A stretch of DNA of 64,000 nt, taken from assembly GCA_026395215.1 (NCBI GenBank), contig JAPLZC010000010.1, positions 140,150 to 204,149 on the forward strand, in the 5' to 3' direction. A program made the translations under genes and the position numbers. The notes beneath the pieces are model-generated. The model ran no database searches. It worked only from the letters and a program-made list of their open reading frames with translations, and had not been told where the DNA came from. Position 1 is the first letter of the stretch. Each line of letters opens with the position of its first letter. Below, piece by piece: positions 56,762 to 64,000 of the stretch. The stretch is from Candidatus Staskawiczbacteria bacterium (GTDB lineage: Bacteria > Patescibacteriota > Minisyncoccia > Minisyncoccales > Staskawiczbacteraceae).

Positions 56762-58039
56762 TTATATTTTTAATAGTTGCTTAATCCTAGTAGAATCTTT
56801 CTCTTCAATTGGGCCTATGACGGCTAAATTGATTTTCTCTGGCACAAATATATCTTCTGCTACATTCTTTATATCATCTATAGAAACCATGTCAATTAAT
56901 TTAAATTTTTCTTCTGGTGTTAGAATGTTTTTTTCCAACAATTCTTGCACAGCATAAAAAGACGCCTGACTATCTGAAGAATCTAAAGATAATGATGTTG
57001 TACCTTTTAAATAATCTTTTGCCTTTTGCAATTCTTTTTCTGTGATTTTATTATTTTTTAAATCTTTATATTCCTGCAATATTAATTCTATGGCTTTTTC
57101 CAGATTTTTGTGGTCAATCCCAGCTTGAGTAACTAAATATCCGGTATCTGTGGTTGCGTCAGCAGAAGTATGTATAGAATAAGCCAGACCATTTCTCTCT
57201 CTTACTTTTATAAAAAGGCGCGAACTCATATTCCCTCCTAAAATTATTGACAGCAAAGCCAAAGAATATCTTCTTTTATCAAACATATCATATGCTCTTA
57301 CTCCCAAACAAAAATGTGTTTGGTCTGTTTTTTTGTAATGTAATAAAACTTCCGGTTCAGATTGTTCTTCTCTCACCTCAATTTTTTGATCTATGGCTGA
57401 CTTCCCTCCTTTTTTAAAATAATCTTCTATTTTTTTGGTGGCCTCTTTTTCATTAATGGCTCCAGCAACACAAACTATCACATTTGACGGCGAATAATGC
57501 GATTTATAATATTCTACAACCTTTTCTCTATCAAAACTTAAAATATTTTCCTTTTCTCCTATAACCATCCAACCTGCCGGCTGGTCTCCATATAAAAGTT
57601 TTTCCCAAAGATCTCCAAGATAGGCCGTAGGAGTATCCAAATACATATTTACTTCTTCAATTATCACCCCTTTTTCTCTTTTCACCTCTTCCTCATCAAA
57701 TTTAGAGTTTAAAAAAATGTCAGAAATCCAATCTAGCGCAACATCAAAATGGGATTTATCAACCTTAGCATAAAATCCTGTTATTTCTTTTGAGGTAAAA
57801 GCATTGTATTCTCCACCAACTGAATCTAAGGTTTCTGAAACATCCAAAGTATTTGGCCTTTTTTTTGTCCCTTTAAAAAACATATGTTCCAAGAAATGGG
57901 AGATTCCATTTATGTCTTTTGTTTCATATTTTGACCCAGTGCCAACCAATATCAAAACCGTCACACTGTTAGCGTTTTCCATTGGGATTGTTATAACTCT
58001 CAACCCATTATCTAAAGTAATTTTTTTATAATTTGCCAT
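56762..58039 (-). CDS. M16 family zinc peptidase
   Basis: HFLEHMFFKGT, NAFT, SSRLF..VRE..GLAY. Confidence 0.93.
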   Translation of the reverse strand: MANYKKITLDNGLRVITIPMENANSVTVLILVGTGSKYETKDINGISHFLEHMFFKGTKKRPNTLDVSETLDSVGGEYNAFTSKEITGFYAKVDKSHFDVALDWISDIFLNSKFDEEEVKREKGVIIEEVNMYLDTPTAYLGDLWEKLLYGDQPAGWMVIGEKENILSFDREKVVEYYKSHYSPSNVIVCVAGAINEKEATKKIEDYFKKGGKSAIDQKIEVREEQSEPEVLLHYKKTDQTHFCLGVRAYDMFDKRRYSLALLSIILGGNMSSRLFIKVRERNGLAYSIHTSADATTDTGYLVTQAGIDHKNLEKAIELILQEYKDLKNNKITEKELQKAKDYLKGTTSLSLDSSDSQASFYAVQELLEKNILTPEEKFKLIDMVSIDDIKNVAEDIFVPEKINLAVIGPIEEKDSTRIKQLLKI

Positions 58040-59321
58040 TAATATAAGAATTTAAACCTTTTATTTTTATTCTCTCTTGCTTCATAGTATCACGGTCTCT
58101 GACAGTTACTGCTTCATCTTTTAAGGTGTCGAAATCAACTGTTATACAAAATGGAGTTCCAATTTCATCTTGACTATAATATCTTTTGCCAATGTTTCCC
58201 CTTTCATCAAAAATAACTGTAAACTCTTTTTTTAAATCAGAATATATTTCTTTAGCCTTTGCCACCAATTCAGGTTTATTTTTCAAAAGTGGGAAAACAG
58301 CCACTTTATACGGAGCCAAACTGGGCTTTAATTTTAAAACAATGCGCTCTTCTTCCTCTGTATAAGCGTCCAGCATTAAGAATAAAAAAGTGCGATCAAC
58401 TCCACCGGAAGTTTCAACAATATTTGGAATAAATTTTTCATTTGTTTCCAGATCGGCATAACTCAAATCCTGTCCGGAAAATTCCGAATGTCTGGACAAA
58501 TCCCAATCACCACGCCAATGGATTCCCTCCATTTCTTTCCCAACCGGTGATGCAATATATTCAATGTCAAAAGCTTTTTTGGCATAATGCGCCAACTTTT
58601 CATGCTTATAAAATCCGAGATTTTTCGGATTAGTAAAAATACTTTTATACCAATTCATTCTTTCTTCTTTCCAAAATTCAAACCATTTTTCCATTTCATC
58701 GGGACGGCAAAACCATTGTAAATCCCACTGCTCAAATTCTCTTTGTCTGAAAAGAAAATTCCCTGGAGTCACTTCGTTTCTAAAAGCTTTTCCTATTTGG
58801 CAAATTCCAAAAGGAATTTTTATACGTGTACTGTCTAATACATTTTTATAATCAAGGTAAATAGTCTGACACGCTTCTCCCCTAAGATAAGCATCCACTT
58901 TTTCGCCTTCAACTACTCCAAGTTTGCTAGGAACTAAAATATTAAATATTTTTGGCTCAGTCAGAAGGCCGTCGCATTCGGAGCATTTGTCGCCGGTAAT
59001 ATCATCTGCCTTAAAACGATGATGGCATTTTTTACATTCAACAAGCGGGTCAACAAAATTTTTCACATGGCCACTAGCTTCCCAGACCTTAGGATTTGTA
59101 ATTATTGCGCCGTCTATTCCAACTATATTTTCATGTTCTTTTGTCATCCAGTTCCACCATAGTTTTTTCAAATTATTTTTCATTTCCACTCCAAGCGGAC
59201 CGTAATCATAAAAACCCTGTAACCCTCCATATATTTCAGAACCGGGAAACACAAAACCCCGCCTCTTGCACAAAGATACAATTTTCTCCATTAATTCTTG
59301 ATTAATTTTTTCTTTTGCCAT
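58026..59321 (-). CDS. glyQS: Glycine--tRNA ligase (alpha2 type)
   Basis: IYGG...DYGPLG, FRNE, FRQREFEQ, IGKRY..QDEIGTP. Confidence 0.95.
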   Translation of the reverse strand: MAKEKINQELMEKIVSLCKRRGFVFPGSEIYGGLQGFYDYGPLGVEMKNNLKKLWWNWMTKEHENIVGIDGAIITNPKVWEASGHVKNFVDPLVECKKCHHRFKADDITGDKCSECDGLLTEPKIFNILVPSKLGVVEGEKVDAYLRGEACQTIYLDYKNVLDSTRIKIPFGICQIGKAFRNEVTPGNFLFRQREFEQWDLQWFCRPDEMEKWFEFWKEERMNWYKSIFTNPKNLGFYKHEKLAHYAKKAFDIEYIASPVGKEMEGIHWRGDWDLSRHSEFSGQDLSYADLETNEKFIPNIVETSGGVDRTFLFLMLDAYTEEEERIVLKLKPSLAPYKVAVFPLLKNKPELVAKAKEIYSDLKKEFTVIFDERGNIGKRYYSQDEIGTPFCITVDFDTLKDEAVTVRDRDTMKQERIKIKGLNSYINGKL

Positions 59322-59433
59322 AAATTTATTGTTTAAACTTAATTTATCTTACTCTTTTAAGCCTACAAATTCAATGTTTCACACAAAAAAAGAGCCAACT
59401 GGGTTGTTGGCATCATATCTATGTGATTGGAGA

Positions 59434-60006
59434 TTACTCGAGCGTTTCGGCAAATTTCCGTATTGTAGTGGGAAGCAACCGGCGCTCCACACGCTTAATG
59501 CGTTCGTGGAGTATTGCTTCGGTATCAAAAGGAAGTACCGAGACTTCTTCTTGGGCAAGAATCGGACCCTCATCAAGCTCCTTGGTTGCAATGTGAATTG
59601 TGCAACCAGTCACTTTCGCGCCGGATGACAGAGCATCCCGAACTGCATGTTCGCCCTTAAACAAGGGCAACAAGGAAGGGTGGTTATTGATAATCCGACC
59701 TTCGTAGCACCGGTTATTATGAGGAAGAAAAATGACTGGATGCAATATCGTCATGAAGCCGGCCATAGAGACAAAATCAATTTCGAAACCATCTAATACC
59801 ATAGCAACCAGACTGGTGTATGTTTCACGATCGAAATCTGGCTTAAATGTCCGCGCCAGAAGTGCTGTTGGTATTCCAGCCTTCGTTGCGATTTCCAAAC
59901 CGCGACATTGGCGATCTGCCAACACAAGGCTGATTTCAAGGTCAGCAGCTTTCAAGGCCTCGAGTAAGGTACCGGTTCCGGAAACAAGTACTGCGAATCT
60001 TTTCAC
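59434..60006 (-). CDS. purN: Phosphoribosylglycinamide formyltransferase
   Basis: LVSGTGT, AGFM, NNHPSLLP, GCTIH, LDEGPI; GTG start with AGGAG. Confidence 0.92.
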   Translation of the reverse strand: MKRFAVLVSGTGTLLEALKAADLEISLVLADRQCRGLEIATKAGIPTALLARTFKPDFDRETYTSLVAMVLDGFEIDFVSMAGFMTILHPVIFLPHNNRCYEGRIINNHPSLLPLFKGEHAVRDALSSGAKVTGCTIHIATKELDEGPILAQEEVSVLPFDTEAILHERIKRVERRLLPTTIRKFAETLE

Positions 60007-60146
60007 GTTGAATCTCCTGTTTTCAAGGTGCGAGACTTTCACACCTGATTTATCATACCTTACCACAACAAATTGTTTTTATCAATTTTTTGCAAAAAAA
60101 GAAGGCAACGAGTGTTGCCTTATGTATAATTGTTAGACTTCAGGAT

Positions 60147-61436
60147 TCAGGATTTCTTGAGAGCACGAGCCCCAATGTCGGACCGGAATCTCATGCCGGA
60201 GAAACGGATACATTTCACTGCTTTGTACGCGGTATCAACGGCCTCGGCGATAGTGTCTTTGAGAGCCGTAATGCCCAAAACTCGACCACCATTAACCACG
60301 ACGTTGAATTCGCATGTTTTTGTTCCGGCATGAAAGACTTCCACGCCCGGAATAGACCTTGCCTCACTAATGCCGACTATCGGCATTCCCTTTTCATAGT
60401 GGCCCGGATAACCATCAGCAGCTGCTACTACGCACACGCAGGCTTGCGGCTTCCAACGCACAAGGTCAGGAGTGAGGTTGCCGTCAATACAGGCCTCTAA
60501 CGCAGGAATCAGATCGCCCTTAATGCGAGGTAGAATCACCTGCGTCTCGGGATCGCCGAATCGGCAGTTGAACTCCAGCACCTTGGGACCGGATTTGGTA
60601 ATCATCAGGCCGGCGTACAATACGCCTTTGTAGACAATCCCACGCTTGCGCAGTTCGACCAATGTCGGGCCAAACACTTCGCGCTCGATGATGCGCTCCA
60701 ATTCTGGCGTAATTATCGGCGCGGGCGAATAGGCACCCATGCCACCGGTATTGGGACCTTGGTCGTCGTCGAATGCGCGCTTGTGATCTTGTGCTGAGGA
60801 CAGCATCACCACGTGTTCGCCATCTACCAAAGCCAATACAGAGGCTTCCTCTCCTTCGAGATATTCTTCAACCAACACTCGTGCACCAGCCGAACCGAAC
60901 ACTTTTTTCACGAGTGCTTCGGTAATCGCACCCATAGCCTCTGCCACTGTGTTGCACACGACAACGCCCTTGCCAGCAGCCAAGCCGTCGGCCTTGATGA
61001 CAACTTTGGCATTCTTTTGTTTCATGAATATCTGTTGCACCAGCCTTTGTGCTCTTGGGGCATCGTCGAACCACTGGGATTTTGCCGTTGGAACACCCGC
61101 AGCATCCATCACTTCCTTGGCAAAGATTTTGCTGCCTTCCAGTTTGGCAGCCGCCTTGCAGGGACCAAATACGCGCAGTCCCTCTTTTTCAAATTGATCA
61201 ACCAACCCGGCGCACAGTGGCACCTCCGGACCGACAATAGTCAAATCCGGGCGGTTAGTTTTTGCCCACGCAACAAGCGTAGGCACATCTTCAGCAGAAA
61301 TCGGCACGTTTATTGCCAATTCAGCCATACCAGCATTACCTGGCGCGCAAAACAAGGACGGCCTTGTGCTGTCGCGAGACAGTTTCCACACAAGAGCATG
61401 TTCCCGTCCACCACCACCAATAACCAGGATTTTCAT
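60147..61436 (-). CDS. purD: Phosphoribosylamine--glycine ligase
   Basis: GGGGREHAL, KADGLAAGKGV, QDHKR, NTGGMG, EFNCRFGDPE. Confidence 0.97.
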   Translation of the reverse strand: MKILVIGGGGREHALVWKLSRDSTRPSLFCAPGNAGMAELAINVPISAEDVPTLVAWAKTNRPDLTIVGPEVPLCAGLVDQFEKEGLRVFGPCKAAAKLEGSKIFAKEVMDAAGVPTAKSQWFDDAPRAQRLVQQIFMKQKNAKVVIKADGLAAGKGVVVCNTVAEAMGAITEALVKKVFGSAGARVLVEEYLEGEEASVLALVDGEHVVMLSSAQDHKRAFDDDQGPNTGGMGAYSPAPIITPELERIIEREVFGPTLVELRKRGIVYKGVLYAGLMITKSGPKVLEFNCRFGDPETQVILPRIKGDLIPALEACIDGNLTPDLVRWKPQACVCVVAAADGYPGHYEKGMPIVGISEARSIPGVEVFHAGTKTCEFNVVVNGGRVLGITALKDTIAEAVDTAYKAVKCIRFSGMRFRSDIGARALKKS

Positions 61437-61544
61437 CTTGGTTCTCCTTATCATTATTCATCTTACAACGAGCCTGATCAGACAGATACTTTTTTCCTGT
61501 CCATCATACAATCAGACTACACCAAATTATAAAAAAGTCAAAAT

Positions 61545-63206
61545 TTATTGGACTATTCCGCCGGCGGAGTTGGTAAAGTCGTCGGGGAGGGTTGTGTTAA
61601 TGGCAGAATCCTGAGAGGTTATTATTGTGTTTGTGAACTGATTTTCCCCTGAAATCTGAACCTGGCCCATTAACTGTGCCGCTGAACCTTTTTGTGAATT
61701 ATCTGGAGTTAGAGAAACCTGAAATGAAAGCGCAACAGGATCTCCTGTAACTCCTGTGCCTGCTGTGATATCACCAACTGACCAAACAATTTCCCGGCTA
61801 GCAGAATCAAAAGAAAAATTAGACAATTCGTCTTGTGGCATGATTCGGCCAGTTAAACTTACATTCTTAGGCATAATTGCCTTTACTTTAACATTCTTTT
61901 CATCACTGAAATAATTTTTAATCTCCCAATTTATCGTGTAAGTTGTCGCTTTGCCTGCCTGAGGAGGGGTTGGCCCAGAGTTAGAAATATCAGAACTTTT
62001 ATAATATCCTTTCTGAGAAATTAATAATCCGGAACTTACTTTTATGCTAAATTTTTGAGTTATTTGTGAGATATTAATGGAGTCAGATATTATGGCGCTG
62101 TTTGCATCGGTTGCCGATGGAGTCCAATCATCTTTTACTTTTATGCTAAAATCAACCTCACCTTGCTCCTGGACATCTAAGTGCCTCAACTGTGATGACT
62201 GACTATAATCCCAGACAATCATATTATCATTTGGTTGCGCCTGTCCCCCGTCTTCAGCCTGCATAGTAGACATATCTAGGGCAGAGCCATCAATTTTTGC
62301 CACCATAAATAAATTATCAAAAGAATTAGAACCTATATTCCTGAAAAAAATCTTATAATGCAAAGTTTCGCCGGGCGAAGCAACGTAAGAATCTGATCCA
62401 TTAACCTGTTGTGAAATAAATAATAACGGCTGTATAACCTGAACTGTTGTACTGGCTTGTTCTATTACAACAAAATTTCCATTTTGCCACATCCCCAATG
62501 AAACTGAAAAAACTAAATTTTGATTGGCATTTGCCGAAACCTTGCCCAAAATATTAATCCTGCCTCCTTGCGCTTTATTTAAGGTTTGTAATTTCCATTC
62601 AATATTATCTAAAGATGCAGGATCAGATGAGGTAAAATCAAAACCGGGGACAGAGTCTATTTTTATGCTAAGATTTTCCAACGGGTAATCTACATTGGAA
62701 AAATAATTAATTGAATATGGCAAGGCTTTTCCCTGTTCAGCTTTAGTTGGTAAATCAAAATCTAAAGTAATTGGACTAGCATCAATTTTTGTGATAAAAG
62801 TTGTCTTTGATTCATAGGGGGCGGTTATGTTTTTAGGTACATAAGAAATAGACGCCTTGGCTGTTTTCAAATCTTCATCCTTTCCCAAAAGCCTCGCCTT
62901 AAAACTCACAGATTCCTGAGCGCCAGGATAAATATCGCTTAAAGTTTTAGTAATCATTGTTTTCCCGTCTTCGGTCAAAGAATTATCCGGTAAAACAAAA
63001 GTTAACTTTGCCTTCTCTAAAACAAAATTACCGTTGTTTTTATACTGCACAGTGTACTGTATCTCATCTCCAATTTTGGCAGTATCTGGTCCCAAAATCT
63101 CAAATCTTAAAATTTCTTTTGAGAACATGCTCCCTCTGTAAAGCAAGAAAATTGCCACCAACACAACTATAATTATAAATAAAATTAAAAGTATTTTTTT
63201 GCTCAT
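61545..63206 (-). CDS. Membrane-anchored protein with tandem Ig-like (DUF11-like) domains
   Basis: N-terminal TM; repeated GDEIQYTVQYKN / GETLHYKIFFRN / TTYTINW. Confidence 0.7.
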   Translation of the reverse strand: MSKKILLILFIIIVVLVAIFLLYRGSMFSKEILRFEILGPDTAKIGDEIQYTVQYKNNGNFVLEKAKLTFVLPDNSLTEDGKTMITKTLSDIYPGAQESVSFKARLLGKDEDLKTAKASISYVPKNITAPYESKTTFITKIDASPITLDFDLPTKAEQGKALPYSINYFSNVDYPLENLSIKIDSVPGFDFTSSDPASLDNIEWKLQTLNKAQGGRINILGKVSANANQNLVFSVSLGMWQNGNFVVIEQASTTVQVIQPLLFISQQVNGSDSYVASPGETLHYKIFFRNIGSNSFDNLFMVAKIDGSALDMSTMQAEDGGQAQPNDNMIVWDYSQSSQLRHLDVQEQGEVDFSIKVKDDWTPSATDANSAIISDSINISQITQKFSIKVSSGLLISQKGYYKSSDISNSGPTPPQAGKATTYTINWEIKNYFSDEKNVKVKAIMPKNVSLTGRIMPQDELSNFSFDSASREIVWSVGDITAGTGVTGDPVALSFQVSLTPDNSQKGSAAQLMGQVQISGENQFTNTIITSQDSAINTTLPDDFTNSAGGIVQ

Positions 63207-63242
63207 ATTTATGGGTTATTACTATGTTTTATATTAACTTAA

Positions 63243-63974
63243 TTATACCACTTCTCTAGACAGCGTGTAAGAATAATAATTATTTGATATTTCTTTAAAC
63301 AATTTTTGACTCTCAGGTCCCACCTTTAACTTAGATATTATCTGCCATTCTTTATTAAGAATTAGCCGAAGTACTTTTACTATGTCAGCGTTTATTCTTT
63401 CGGCCGGAGCATCATGGCTCAAGCATTTTTTACAAATTGTACCTCCCGTCTTAGCAGAAAAGTATATTTCGGAGAAATTGAGTTTGTCTCGGCAAATATT
63501 GCATTTTTGAGACTCTGGTTTATACCCAAACAAAGAAAGTGCATTCCATAAAAAATAATAATACACCATTGTATATTTATCATTTTTTAATTTTTCATCG
63601 TTTAGTTTGTGAAAAACTTCATTCAATAAATTAAAAAAATCCTCGTCTTTCTCCTGACCTATAACAAAACTGTCCAGCACATCTCCTATTCTATTAGCAA
63701 TTCCAAACTTCTCCAAATCTTGAAAAATACCGCTGAATTTTTCTATTGCAGCCGCGTCTATGAGTGTCTTCCTGTTTTTGCCCTGTACAAATTCTATGTC
63801 AGAAATGTAAAAAGTATCTATTCCGCTTCTTAGTTTTGAAGCATTTTTTCTTATGGCCTTTGCAAATATATCCAGCCGCCCAAAATCATCCGTAAAAACA
63901 GAATAAACCCTATCTGCTTCATTCCTATCACTCTTTTTAAAAACAAAAGCCCGTGTCTTATATCGAGTCGTCAT
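63243..63974 (-). CDS. recO: DNA repair protein RecO
   Basis: EADRVYSVFTDDFG, AKAIRK..SKL, GYKP..C..C...GG.IC..C. Confidence 0.92.
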   Translation of the reverse strand: MTTRYKTRAFVFKKSDRNEADRVYSVFTDDFGRLDIFAKAIRKNASKLRSGIDTFYISDIEFVQGKNRKTLIDAAAIEKFSGIFQDLEKFGIANRIGDVLDSFVIGQEKDEDFFNLLNEVFHKLNDEKLKNDKYTMVYYYFLWNALSLFGYKPESQKCNICRDKLNFSEIYFSAKTGGTICKKCLSHDAPAERINADIVKVLRLILNKEWQIISKLKVGPESQKLFKEISNNYYSYTLSREVV

Positions 63975-64000
63975 TTTCCTATCTTTTTGAATTTTTTTCC

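Noticed and set aside
1-64000. Alternative genetic code (TGA read as Gly) or a prophage
   Set aside because: Core genes are full length under code 11 and TGA is used as a stop; no phage structural or integrase genes were seen

Overview
AT-rich, gene-dense chromosomal window in standard genetic code 11. Gene content and style suggest a Patescibacteria/CPR (Parcubacteria-like) bacterium; this is inference. Core genes lie mostly on the minus strand (clpB, rlmN, comEC, nrdDG, ftsAZ, hisS, leuS, metG, glyQS, glyA, iorAB, recO), with pth, mfd, topA and rel on the plus strand. They are interspersed with small self-contained accessory units. The main element is a complete diversity-generating retroelement (DGR) at about 34.5-37.2 kb: RT, Avd, a 132-bp template repeat (TR) and a target gene whose variable repeat (VR) differs from TR at 12 positions, all TR adenines. 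Its architecture is unusual because avd is antisense, sits between TR and RT, and overlaps the RT start head-to-head. Other notable signals: (1) about 15 or more short GC-rich palindromes of a few recurring families inserted in frame in core proteins; (2) duplicated or alternative gene 3' ends next to rlmN and a glycoside hydrolase; (3) an atypical tRNA-Cys abutting a PvcA/Dit1-like ORF between nrdD and nrdG; (4) a Phe leader-peptide attenuator upstream of pheA and a stand-alone DAHP-synthase regulatory domain; (5) a VR-like segment inside a DUF1566-type surface protein that does not match the local TR; (6) an FtsZ lacking the catalytic T7-loop Asp and the C-terminal tail. All calls were made by eye without database searches.
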